Part shown: piece by piece, positions 13,943-26,742 of the stretch
Numbering within the stretch: the stretch's first letter is position 1
Layout: each line of letters starts with the position of its first letter
The notes under the pieces: model-generated
What the model was told of the DNA's origin: nothing
The model's input: only the letters and a program-made list of their open reading frames with translations
Databases searched by the model: none
Position numbers and translations under genes: made by a program
Source: Psilocybe cubensis
Taxonomy: Eukaryota
Assembly: GCA_017499595.2 (NCBI GenBank)
Contig: CM039003.1
Span: 3,038,001 to 3,102,000, forward strand
DNA: 64,000 bases
Direction of reading: 5' to 3'

Positions 13943-16900
13943 TAGTTGGGGACACGCGAAGACATCAACTTTTTTCTGCTACCATGTATTATAGATAGAA
14001 ACGTGCAGAATGAGAATGCGAATCAGAATATGCAATTAGTTTTTTGTTTGCATAAAAACTTCCCTCGGAAATCTGGTTCTAAGTTTAGATAGGCCCAAAA
14101 ATTTCGCCAAATCCAAAACAATTCGCTAAAATCTCGGAAATATCATTTTTGGATAGTTCTCAAAGAGCTACATCTGATTCTAAATTTTCAAAAACTTTTA
14201 TCGAGCCGTTTCCTCAAAAAAAATTCGACAAAATGCCACCTAAAGGAAGGCCAGCAAAGAAGAAAAGAAATATATCAGGTCTACGGAATCAAGGATCCAG
14301 TGAATCAAAGCCTACAGATAGCAATCCTCCAAGTACATCATCTACATCACAGTCTTATCAATGGGATCGGACAACCATCAACAAAAAGAAACCCCTATAC
14401 GAGCTCAAAGAGGAAGCTAGTAGTGAGAAGGGCCTGTCTGACTCGGAATCTGAATCCGATCTCGAATTGGATGATGAAAATGATGGAATTGATACAGACT
14501 GGAAGGGGTTCATGAATGCCGAGTTCAAAAAGCGATTGGCCAAGCAATATTGGGACATCAAAGAAAAGGAGGATGATATGGAGTGGCTACCATACAAACT
14601 TCGTGTTATGGTTCAAGGAAAACAAGCGGTGAAAAAAGGTGTGTGGAAAGGTTACAATCGCTATAACATATTAATTTAACAATGGTCAATATTCAATAGG
14701 TCGACCGAAGGTTTACCAAAAGGGGCCTGATATTATGAGCAAGCCTGCTCGTACTCAGAGAGACCATAAAGAATTAATACGGAATCAGTCAAATCTTGAT
14801 CAATATCTCAATATGCCAATTCACTCACCTGGTCCCAGCACGCCAATTGTACCCCAAATGCGAAAGGCATCCGAGCGCAGTACTTCATCTCATGAAACAA
14901 TCGAGCCTGATTTAAGGTCCAACTCGTCAATTGAGATTTTGGAAACATCTGGGTTGCCGTTGCAAGAAGATACACCTGTACCGGAGTCCGAAATCTATGA
15001 AGAAACAGTCGATGACGAAAACAACAACAGTATATTTGATCAACAAATAGAAACAGAAATATCTAATCCGATTTCAGATCCAGAATCAGACTCAGAAAAC
15101 TACAATCCGCCGCCAGATTCTGATGATCAAATAGAGGATTGGGAAGAGGAACTGGCCGAGACTATTCAACCTGTCGAGATTAGGGATTGGAAGGTTCTTC
15201 GAGCCCAGATTCAGGAGGACATCAAGAAGGGTACAGACTCAAAACGTCTTTCATTATCTCAAATCAACAAACTCCTCATTATTTGCAACTTTGCCACACT
15301 TCGAATCAAAGGCTATCGTCGTATTGAAGCAAGCGAAATGCTGGCATTACAATGGCACTCTGGAGATGGTGTTTGGTTTGCTAGGAAAGTACGGAAGCTT
15401 GCGCACCACTACCAATTATTTGAACAGCTTCCTATTGAGCGGCGGGGTGGATACGGAAATGCACGCACATTGCTAAAGGATGAGATTGTCAAAAAAAGGA
15501 TACTGGATTATCTTCACTCGATAAAGACCGGAGAAGTAACACCAAAGAAGCTGCAGGTTGCCGTCAATACCCAAATCCTTCCCGAGCTTGATATCAAACC
15601 AAAAAAACCTATCAGCATTCGAACAATTCGTCGATGGTTAATCAAACTTGGTTGGCGTCACACCCAGATTAAGAAAGGGGTATATATGGATGGTCACGAG
15701 CGTCCGGATGTTGTCGATTATAGGCAAAACGTTTTCCTTCCACTAATGGCTCAATATGAAAAACGAATGGCAAAATATGAACCTAGTTCTGATGGTTCAG
15801 GCTTGATACGAGTGCCACCTACACTTCTCCCCAGAGAAAAGGAAATCATTCCTAATTTTCACAACGAGAGCACTTTCCATGGAAATGATATGGCAAACAG
15901 TGCATGGCTTTGTTCGGGAGAGCAGCCACTGCGAAAAAAAGGACGTGGCCGCTTGATTCATGTCTCTGCTTTTATCAATCCCGAGACTGGGCGCCTAATT
16001 CTTTTTGATTTGGATGGTAATGTTGTACGTGATTCTACTAAAATTATTTATCCTGGCACAGGCGGCGATGCATGGTGGGACTGCAATCAACTGCTAATGC
16101 AGATGAAAGATGCTGTTGACGTTTTTGAAGCTGCACATCCAGGCAAACAGGCGCTTTTCATTTTTGATCAATCTTCTGCACATGCATCCCTACCCGATGA
16201 CGCACTCAAAGCGTTTGAAATGAACAAGACAAACGGTGGTAAACAACGTGTTCAGCGGGACACAATTATTCCTGACACCAATCCTGTGGTCAATCTTCGT
16301 GGAAAATTACAAAAAATGACATTATCTAATGGGCAACCAAAAGGGCTTCAGCAAGTATTGGAGGAGCGGGGATTTGAAGTTGCTAATCTACGTGCCAAAT
16401 GCTCTCCAGTGTGTTCAATTGATAGCACAAATTGCTGCATGGCACGGCTTCTCAGTCAACAGGATGACTTCAAAAATCAACCTTCACGGCTAGAGACATT
16501 TATCAAGGAGCGGGGGCACGAGTGCATCTTCCTTCCTAAATTTCATTGTGAACTTAATCCTATTGAAATGGTGTGTACCAAATTTTTATATCATTCAAAG
16601 TTTTGTATTGACTCTTCTAGTACTGGGGGTGGTGCAAATATCGTTACCGTGAAATAGAAAAGAAAAACTTCCAGGAGGCAAAAGATGCTGTGAAAACCTA
16701 TTTGGCATCTTGTCCAACTGATGTTATTCGACGGTTCATCAACAGATCATGGAGATTTATGAGTGCGTACCGCCTGGGACTGACCGGACAGGCAGCCATA
16801 TGGGCTGTGAAAAAGCAGAAACAACATCGCCAGGTATCCCAGCGGGCAATGATGTCAATTGACGCGGTTCTCAACACGTGAATGCTCTTATCGATGATTA

Positions 16901-17097
16901 GATAACTCCAATACATAGCCATAAATGTCAAAAATTTGGGCCAAAAATTTCGCCATTTTTTCCGCTCGTGGGAACTTCACGAAAACACCATTTTTGAACT
17001 CCTTTCAATGGTCTGAGTTCAAATCTGTCATCAGTTTTCTCCAGAAAATTCGCGTTCAGAAGATATAAAAATTGATGTCTTCGCGTGTCCCCAACCG
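13943..17097 (+). mobile_element. Full-length IS630/Tc1/mariner-like DNA transposon (3155 bp)
   Basis: 26-bp TIRs at 13943-13968 and 17072-17097 (xxGTTGGGGACACGCGAAGACATCAA), flanked by TA at 13941-13942 and 17098-17099. Encloses a transposase gene. Confidence 0.92.
14233..16881 (+). CDS. Tc1/mariner-like DDE transposase, 3 exons; first catalytic Asp apparently replaced by Asn
   Basis: HTH-like SIRTIRRWLIKLGW, KGVYMDGHER, FHNESTF, FDQSSAH, LPKFHCELNPIE, then YWGWCK after the intron at 16571-16620. First intron at about 14639-14699. Confidence 0.88.
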
Positions 17098-17681
17098 TAC
17101 TCAAAAAGATCCATATTCGAAGGTCTGTCACTGTGGCGCGTCGAAGATACTAGCAAATCAAGAATAAGTACAATGACGTCTAGATTGGCACAGTAAGAAT
17201 TCTTATTTGTTTCCAACCCACCAATGGCGATGCGAGACTCTCCAGCGTTCCCTCGGCTTAACCTAAGCACGGGGTACATCCGGTATCCACGGCAGTATTC
17301 CCTTGTGTTCCAAGCTTAGTGGGTGTTCGTAAGCCTCCAAAGCATACCTGTAAGAAAGGGCTATGCTGTGTATAGATTAGTACGGTTGGGATTAGCGCTC
17401 AATGTGAGTCATGGTGTCGCCTGTATTGCAAATACAGCTATGTAGCCAACTTTGATTAAGTGGTATGTAGTTCGTACCTTGAGCGTACGTAGTCTTTAAA
17501 TCCAGAAATACAAAGAAAGAATTTGGAGGTTTTAAAGTCCTACATACTCACGACTCTTTAGAAAGAATTAAACGTATCATCATGCATACTGACTGCAACT
17601 GAAAACACGGAACAAATAAATGTACAGTAAAGCATCGGTACCGGAATACTTAAAATGTAAATGGAAGGAGAACTTAGAGCA

Positions 17682-20042
17682 TCAGTCAACCCAGGTAATG
17701 TAGCTCTCATTGAGATCTGCCTTGGGGATATACGGGCTCCCATCTGGATATTTGGCATCCAACCGAATTTTGACGCTTCGGTGAACGCGTACCCCTTTCT
17801 TCTTTTGCTTAGGAACATGGCGGCCTCGTCCCAAATTCCAGTAGAACCAAGACGTCCAAGATCCGTCATCGCTCTCCTGCGTACGATGCCTGAGAGGGAG
17901 AAGCTCCAAGATCCACCATCCCCAGGCTAGACTGAGCTGATCGTAGATAGGTGCTAAGGCATCCTTGAGCTCAGCCTCTTCTTCCGTTTCAGCCATAACA
18001 TCGGACGCGACGTAGTCGTCATCGTTCGCCGCTACCTCTGGCTCCTTTGGTGTGGGTTTAATGTACGCTGTCGGACCAGTTGTCCCAGCGGATAATGGGG
18101 GAGGTCGGGGGCGGACAACGGGATACAGCATGTCAGGGTCCAAGTTGATTCCCTTCAGACCATCCGTATGGAACATGATTCCACTGTTTGTCTTGAAGCA
18201 TTCTCGAATCATCCATCTGATAGGAATGCGAGCCAAGTTGGGCTTGACGCCTGTCGCAACAGACCCTCCGCCAATATCTAGCAAAGAAAATCATCACTTA
18301 GCCTTTTAGGCCTCTTACAAGAGCTATAAATCATACCGCAATGACATCCCGCAAACCAAACCTGATGTTTTTTGGTTAGATTTTTCCAATGCGGACGAGG
18401 AGAAAGAGCGCATGCTATAGCCACTCACTTCGTCGATGTCCGTTTCCGCATTCTTATCCTTAGCGTATTGATTCTCCAACGACTTCAGCGAGTTCTTCCC
18501 ATTCCCGTCCTTTTTTTTCTTATGCGCACCACCTTCATGTTCCTTTTTCGCCTTCTTGTCGGTGATACTGAGGGTTGCCTCAGTTTTGTTTGGCTTGTTC
18601 CAGTGGTTTGCTTTGAACTTTGCCCTACGCTCATCCAGTGACACTGCATGTCTGAACGTCTTTACAACCGTATTGGAGGTTGTGAAGGGCAGGCGTCTGG
18701 GAATCAGACCAACCGAGCTGACAGTATCCCTTAAGAAGACGTAAACATAATTATGAAGGATCCAGGGGTTATAGGACACTCACCACACGCCCAAGAATTC
18801 GATATCAACATCGATGGAGAACGTCTTCTTGAAAGCGTTCGACTGTTTCCATCCGACGTCGTCCGCTTGAGTGTACATCTTGTACGCAAATGGCACCTGT
18901 TGGTGGTTACATGTTGGAAGGAGGCCGACCTTGTGGATCATGCCGGCCAGGCTGTAAAGATAGAGAGTAATAATTAGCTTCTGCCAGATACGTAGTTGAT
19001 GCAGTGTGTTCTAAACGCACCATCGAGCTGTGTAAGCGCCACGGGAGAATCCTATAAATAGTGTATGTTAGTCGTTATATCGATAACTGGGACGCCACCA
19101 CGACTTCTATATCCTCCATCCCCTCTCCACTGCCACCTTGTACTCACCAAAGATACAAATTCTGTCCCCAGCGCGGTCTTTTGCGAAATGAATTAGTACC
19201 TTGTGACATGTGGTGTGGGGATGCGAGAAGTAACGTACAATTTTGCATCAGAAACTCGTAACCGCCTGTTTATAGTATAGTGCAAAATTAGATCGATTCG
19301 ATTCTGGAGATAGCGAAGGAGTGGTAGGATATAATCGAGAACGTACCCATGATATGGGCATCAAGGTTCCACGCAATCATCATGTCCAAAGTCTGAAGTA
19401 GAACGGAAGACAATGAGCTCTAATATTGACAAACGTTTTTGCACAATGTTCATACCTGACTAATCTTCGACATGAAAGGGGTGGCGATCTGTGGGGTAGT
19501 ATACGTCCCAATTCCGGCCTGGAGGGAGTGTTACAGCTGTATTTTTCTTGAATCCTGAGGGTATTTACAACAGACATACCTGATAGTAGACAAGCTGTTT
19601 CTCTGGATCATCTTTCTTCAGCATCGCGAAGAATTCGACAATATTTGAGTTCTAGAGATGGAAAAGCATAACATGAGGAACTACCCCTTTCGCTGATTTA
19701 TTCCTCAACTTCAACTTACATCGGCGTCGAATCTAAGATAATAAAATATGTCAATGATTTATTTAGCTCCTCCATAAAATCATAGAAACTCACTGGTCTC
19801 CTGTCCCATCGAAGCACAGAACCAAGGTTCGAAAGGGATGCACAGGAGGGATTGTATCAGTATAGGGTACATACGCCGGCCCTGCTTCAAGGGGGACCTT
19901 GGGAGCCTGCTGAAAACCAGAAGAGGAGGGTGTCTGGACAAAGGTCCCATTCGATGTATACGTCGTCTGACTTGAGAACGTCTCTGTGCGCGTATGCGAC
20001 TCCGACTGGCTGCTCTCTGTTCTGATCATGGGGGATGCCATG
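17682..20042 (-). CDS. DUF2235 (Tle1-like alpha/beta-hydrolase) protein, copy 2
   Basis: LVLCFDGTG, GFSRGAYTAR, LGVWDTV, RHAVSLDERRAKF, VWFAGCHCDIGGG and LARIPIRWM. C-terminus ends in WVD as in copy 1. Confidence 0.9.
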
Positions 20043-20333
20043 CTCTTCAGCTACTTTGTGGGCGGTTGATCGATGCTTCAAGGGCACCAACAAGTGAGGG
20101 GATAATATGATAACAGACCGAACCTTCCTCGTTGACCGTTTATGTATAAACGCGCTATAGATATGTCAGTCGCTGTTCTTCTGACCCGAATTGCTTATGA
20201 ACCTATTGGCAGCTGGAATGTTCAGTGTCATTTTTAAACAACAGCTTTGACAGGGCTGGCAGAGGATGATCGTTCGCGGCCCTTTTCGGGTCCAGGGTCC
20301 TCCGGTCGTTCAAATCACTTCAGTCCTTTCGAT

Positions 20334-21320
20334 CAGTGGTGGCATAGTCGGCGACTTAGTCGGAATAGTCGCATGACTATGCGGCTTAGTCGGATTTCCG
20401 ACTAGACTAGACTAAGTTCCCAAATATAGGTCGATATGAAGTCATAGTCGGGACTTTCCCACGTTCAAATGTGCACTTCGTCACAGATTCATAGTCTGCA
20501 TACATTTTGTCTTTGGTACAGTAGCAGAGGAATAAATACCTTTGAGTGCACATAAATTGTAAATATACTATCAATGTTATCCTCAACACCATAATCAACA
20601 TATTCATTTCACCATGTGCATCAAGATCAAATAGGTCATACAATTCTAATTCTTCATGCAAGCTTCCAACTTCACTTTGCTTTGCATGTGGGATCCAAAT
20701 AGCATCCTGTAAAAAATTAAACCAGCTCATAGTTAGCCTACTTTTAGGTGTTCCCAGGTCTTCCGGAATATTTTCTGGGTCTCCTCATTGATTAGGCAAG
20801 AGGTTAGTTGAGTAAGATGAATAAGATTGGACTGTGACTGGCCTGATTGAGTTTGCACCTCCGTAGTTAAATACAGTCCGGATTTCAGATCGATGTTTGG
20901 GCTGATATAAAGAAGAAGTAAAAATGTTGGAGGTTGTTTGGGGTGGGACATCACCTCGCCGTGGATGTGATTCGCCGTCGGGCCGCTTACTTGATCCACA
21001 ATCAAACTCCGACACGTCTCAAGATGGCGCACAAACTGCTGTAGTACTTATCACACGCAAAATGTAAGTAAAATAGATTTGAATCGTCTGGCATACACTG
21101 TAGGGATTGTTTTTGGAGTGTACACAATTATTAAAATTGTCAACGCAGACTTGCCGTGCCTCTGTCTAGTTGAAACCCAGATTGATCAAAGTTTTATTTT
21201 ACACGTGATACTTAGTCTGGAAAAATTTCCATTTTTGGTGATAGTCGACGACTTAGTCGGACTTAGTCGACTTAGTCGGGTCCCGACTATCGACTAAAGT
21301 CGCCGACTATGCCACCACTG
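20334..21320. mobile_element. Non-autonomous hAT-superfamily element (987 bp)
   Basis: TIR CAGTGGTGGCATAGTCGGCGACT at both ends. Perfect 8-bp TSD CTTTCGAT at 20326-20333 and 21321-21328. Many subterminal (GACT)TAGTCG repeats. Confidence 0.92.
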
Positions 21321-22301
21321 CTTTCGATGTCTTCCAAAATGGCTGGCTGGAAGATAAGACAATGGTAGAACCACGCTAGTCTTCACTGTATCTTGAAACA
21401 GAGCTTAGACGTCCATCTTCTTCAACTGTACGAACCTGTCGTATAAGCTTTGGATTCGGAGAGTAGACAGCGGAAGCACCGGCATTCGAAGACCAACTGT
21501 GACTTGTCGGTGTATGTCTGTATCCAGAGATCCTGGGATGCTTCTGTAATGATATGAATACGTTAATTAAAACGAAAATGGGGTCGGACATACATGCCTC
21601 CGTGTACAAGAGATAAATATAAGTAAAACCGATTTTGGTTTGCCGAAAAACTCCCAGGGAAGTCTCTTTACAGTCTTCAGTCTTGTATTGAGAAATTTAC
21701 AACCAGTGATCCTTTGCGACTATATTTCAACCCCAAAGCTATTATGTTGAGGCAGGATAGCAGATAAATGGATTTGCCAGAAGGAAGGGGTCCAAGTTCG
21801 GGCACCAGGCAGCAGCTATATCGTTGGTAAAACTATTAGTAGCACGCCGCAACAACTTTCATGTGAAGTTGTGACTGATGCATATGAATGCCAAGAAGGA
21901 ACAGGAACTCAATAGAAGAAACAGATAAAACGCATAGATGTTGACTAGACAAGTCATGGTTGCAGAGAATAAGTCGGACAGGAAAAGTCAGGTTTGTCCA
22001 CATGCAAAGTCTTGCCAAGCTTAACCAAACAATAATTTGGTGCAAATATTTTAAAGATTATGTGCCAAAGTCTCACATTTAAATAAGAATTACCGAGATA
22101 AAGTCAACTACATATCTACAAAAATGCAATCTTGCTTGCATTCACAATTCACCACAAAGTACTTCAAGCTGCGTCTAGTTGATAGTGGAGGTAATCACCT
22201 GGCACTCTCTGCAAATAAAATCGACAACTTGGGACCAAAAAATCACTATATCGAAATCTTCTCCTGCAAATACAGTGAGTCAGAAAGAACAGACTGCATT
22301 T

Positions 22302-23737
22302 TTAATTTGAAGGAAAAGTGATGGCCAATTCGCTACTGTTTAACTTCAAGATACCCTTCCTGATTAACATTTCGAGATGTTGATTATCCTCCAACATAGT
22401 GAGAATCTCCTGCACATCATGGGTCACTGTCTCTCCATGGAAATGCTGGTGTGAAGAGGTCATCAGCCTAATCTCGACGGAACGGAGACTATAGCGTCGA
22501 GCGAGCAACCATATAATATCCGTCAACGGCTTCCAATCCATCTTTCCCAGCAGGAGCACCGCATCGATGCTCAATGGCAACGTAAGGACGATAACTACAC
22601 TTCTGAGCTGAATGAGGGGCAGTGATGGCTTTTCGAGGAGACGGGTGATCCATGGTATGGGCGAGTAGAGCACGTAGGATGCGTTTAGTATCGTCGAGCC
22701 GTACCGGGACACCACCCGGGCAAAATCGATGCTTGCGGATATTTCGATGGTTTGCAGGCTGGTGAGCGAAGAAAGGTCCCAGATCTGCTCGTTGCTTGGA
22801 GATGATGTCCTATGCAGTTCATTGTAGGCATTTGCATGAAAAACAGTACGAACTTCGGGTGGTCCAAATGTGTTAGGTTAGAAGTTGTGAAAGGAAGACA
22901 GGTTTAAGCTACAAGCATACCTTGAGAGTTAACATTCATGTATAAGCTCTTTACTGAATCGGCTGGCTTTGAGTTCAGAAGGAGCTGAATGAGCGGGGCA
23001 TCATACAGATGTGTTAGGTGTATATGCAGAGCCTTCAAAGAGATTGTAGATGGGGTCTTTGGGGATATAAACCAGAAGATTAATGGTCCTAAATCTGCGC
23101 CAACCCCTTTAGACAGCTCAAGTGTGAGCAGGTTGGATAGTCCCTGGGCGGGAGGAGAAGGCAAGGCCAACGGTGAATGTAAACCCAACATTGCTGCCTG
23201 AACCCTGAGAAGCCTCAGAGTCTTAAGCGACGTGCAATAATCAAGAAGGTGCAGCGGAAATTGTCGCATGTCCTGGATCGTGAGGGTTTCTAGCGTTGGA
23301 AGACGGAGGATATGAGCAAACGATTTCTGAAATTCCCCGTGGAATATGATCCACGAGGCCATAATGTGATGACATCCACTCAACGATATCTCGGTAAGCT
23401 TCGGGAAAAGAGATATAGTATGCCCCAGGACCTTTTCACTTCGGATCCGAATCGATGTGTCGAAAATATATGTTTCAATGTTGAGTGACCGGACGTAAGA
23501 TGAAATGTGCGGCTTGTTTTGCAACAGTTTGGCCATCTGCTCTGCCGAGTAGGCCTCTGGGTATGCACGTAGCCCCCCGTGGTTGGTTATGGTGACTTTC
23601 CGGTAGAGATACTTTTCAACCAGCTCAGAGAATTGCTTGTTGACCCCTGCGCAAGATCGAAGACTCGCAGGACGATCGTCGTATAAGAACGAGAAGATGG
23701 AATCCCATAGTTCAGGTGGGAGCGTTTGAGGCTGCAT
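22302..23737 (-). CDS. F-box / LRR-like (RNI-like) protein, paralog A
   Basis: N-terminal F-box-like LPPELWDSIFSFL...LRSCAGVNKQF...LY, then LxxLxL repeats. One phase-1 intron after NSQG joins in frame to ORF 22302-22715. Confidence 0.8.
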
Positions 23738-24078
23738 TCGATGTAGAAAATGAGTCGGATGAGCCAGACGAAGAAAAACGTAATGTAGCACGAAGATTGT
23801 AGCTGAGAGTAAATCGCAATGACGCGGAAGCCAGTGTGACACGGGGAAACATGTGGGTGGAGTACGAAAATAACTCCCAAGCTTCGCCTCATGTTATCAG
23901 AGAAACCTCATAAACTTTTAAGTACGATTTACACTTTTTAACGAGCCCGTAAGTCAACCGAATTCTAGCCCTTGCTAATTATATATTACTCAAAAAATCT
24001 GGTGGGTATGCTACTACACAAATAAATACTATATCCAGGTTATACCGACAAGACATTTTAACGCCATACCTTGACAAC

Positions 24079-25839
24079 TTAATCCCTGCACGTAAGCTCT
24101 CCTCCAACCATTTCAATCGTCGCGCCCAAACACCATCCTAACTCGGTGCCTCTAATTTGTTTGCCAATATCGACAGGCCGCTTGTCTGCAAACTCGTACC
24201 CGAGCTGAAGCAGCGCGTGCATGAACGTCAAATCCAAGCACCACTCTGGGCGGCCCTCAAGCTCCTCCATTAGCTCCTTGTCTTTGCCCCAGGGCAGCGA
24301 GCGCCATTTCGTCGGGCCAAGGCACACGTCACGAGCGGTCGATGCGATGGTAGATACAGTTAGTGGAGTGCCGGATGGGATGAGAGGAGAAAGGCGGTCA
24401 TAGAAGTAGGAGAGGAGGAGGACTTTGCCGTGAGGGAAAGAGTCAAGCAACGATGGCTGATATACGCCGTTAAATGAACATGGTTTCATTTCGCAGATCC
24501 TATGTGATACGTTGTCAGGAATTCTTTTAAAAAACAATAGGAAAAGAATGAAAGAACTTACGAGTCTTTGGCAAGAACAAGTTGTACGATCCGGTCGCAG
24601 GCTTCAAAGGAACCGATTTCCTCGCCATCCATGGTAACGTTCTTCGTTACCTGGGTCACTTCATCTGTCACTTCCACCACACGCCTCGTTCCACGGCCCA
24701 GACACGGGTTGCCAATGATTTTCTCCTTCTTCTCCTTTTCCGACGGCGTTCTGATCGACGCCATAAAGTTAACAAGACTGTGCACATGCATCCTTGCACG
24801 CATGAGACCATAGCCGAGGTAGGAATGCTGGTACAGAGTGTGCGTCCTGCCACCAAATTTGAGTTCGTATTTATGCTCGCCCTCTTCAAGACGCTTGTCC
24901 GGCGACGTAAAAACAGGCTCGAATACGATCTGCGTCGACGCACCGCCGAGGTCGAGCACCGCGTGCGTTGTCATGTCCTTCGGAGCATCCGCCTTAATCG
25001 TCCCGAGCAGGTAGTTTGCAGTGATCCATGCGTACACGCCCTCATCTTTGCCATCCATGATAACCACACCATCCTTCGCGGCCAACTGAAACGGGTATTG
25101 GGCACGCAGTCGCTTCTCAATGGCATGTAGGATATCCGCGCTCTTCGATCCAGGAAGCAGACGAAGACCTGCCGTCGCTTTCACCGCTACAGGGGTGCAC
25201 TTGCGCAACGAGAGTGGGACGACTCTCAGCGCCTCGTCGAGCAGCACATCGAGGCTGCGAGCGGCCTCCTCCGGGTCATCTTTGTAGCTCGACAGCCCAG
25301 GTTGAGTCATCTTGAACGTCTCGTACTCGTATTCAGGAGATGGCCCGCAGTTGTTGAATTTGTAGACGTGGATGCGCGAGCCTGTGGACCCGGCGTCGAT
25401 CATGAGAGCGTACTGCACGATGGGGTCGTTTGGCGAGTGCGGCGATGTGCAATGTGTCGTCCGCGCAGGGTCATGGTCTGTCTCGAAGCTCGTTGGGTGC
25501 ACGAGTTCGGTCGGTTTGGGCTTTTCAATGATCTTTGGTGGCACTGCGATTGGCTCCGGGTCTGCTTTCACATCGTCCTCGTATGGATACGTGGATGAAT
25601 CTAATCCCATGAATAAGTGAAGGCTCTAGCGAACTACGAAACTTCGCACCTGTCGGCGTCGTTTTTGACTTCCAGGGTAGATTCTTCGTCTCCCGAGGCC
25701 CAAACAGGTATACTATGCCTATGAGCACAGCTGCAGCGATGGCAAATTTCTTCCATGCAAATCTCTTGGGTGACCCCGTCCTCGAGGGGCCATGCCCACC
25801 CTCCAAGCGCTCGTAGTTACTGCTCCTAGGCGAAAGCAT
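24079..25839 (-). CDS. GDA1: Golgi guanosine diphosphatase (GDA1/CD39 NTPDase family)
   Basis: All five apyrase conserved regions are present: IDAGSTGSR, ATAGLRLL, DGKDEG, DLGGASTQ, GWCLG. N-terminal signal anchor FAIAAAVLIGIVYLF. Confidence 0.9.
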
Positions 25840-26742
25840 GTTTATATATCTTGAACGAACCTTCTGTGTAAAGACCGTATTTGTTGGTGTCTGGAGACCG
25901 CTGGAATGCGCAGGTGATGACGTTGATGTTTCTGAAGGCGGATTGTGTATCTTGACCCTGAATGAAGCCTTTTTGTTCTCCCTCTTTACTTTTGTTGAAA
26001 GAGGGTCTCCATTCACCATGAAATTGAGCACAGTATAAAGGAAGGATAGGTGTAAGTAACAGCAGGAGAAGCGCAGAATTAAATTATTTTGTTACAAATT
26101 ATGTAAATCCACTTAATTGGTTTTGGTACAAAATATGCATAAATGAACGGAAAGACCATTATGGCTTCAATTTATTCATAACAATCTGGTAAAATTTGGC
26201 CATGCAAATATCCCTATATGTTTGCAACTGTTATCAACCATACTATCATTGACCAGACGTTTGGTTTGACCACTGCTTCGGTTTACCTACCTTCCCGTGC
26301 TCCGTTTCTTCTGAAAATTGAAATGTAAGCTTTAGTGTATGAGCTATGCATGATCGTATTTTTTTTTGACCAGAAACAATGCAGAAATGAACAAAACGAA
26401 TGAGTGTTAGAAATTGATCGTTTTGCAATGCCGACCATGCCATCCAAACGAATGAAAGGGCGGCATGTCGGCACATTGTATTTTGCGTGCAATCAACAGG
26501 TCGCGTTGCGTTCGGTGTTGAAAATATTATTGATGATCAGCCACCAAAACGAAGAGACATTTGAGCCATGAGAAGCAGTGTTAAAAATTTTAAACGAGTA
26601 GGATTGGATTTGACGATACGTTTAAGAACTAGATGTCTTGGTCGAAAATTTTCTTGGCGAGAAATCGACAAGCAATGCGATTTCTCGAAGGATTACTTCT
26701 CAGGCTGACCGAAGTTGTCGAGAGGCGAAGCAAACTTATATT

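Noticed and set aside
13858-17391. 13-bp direct match GCTGTGTATAGAT on both sides of the transposon, and a TIR-like TACGGTTGGG near 17381
   Set aside because: The matches are too short, are not adjacent to the element ends and do not extend, so they are compatible with chance.
20334-21320. GACTTAGTCG arrays here and TCAAACA arrays at 26.7-27.5 kb as CRISPR-like repeats
   Set aside because: The context is eukaryotic, spacing is irregular, there are no unique spacers or cas genes, and they are explained as TE subterminal repeats.
21376-21800. Possible small spliced minus-strand gene ending ...SSVSRYSED
   Set aside because: Splice signals are plausible, but no start codon or homology can be supported.
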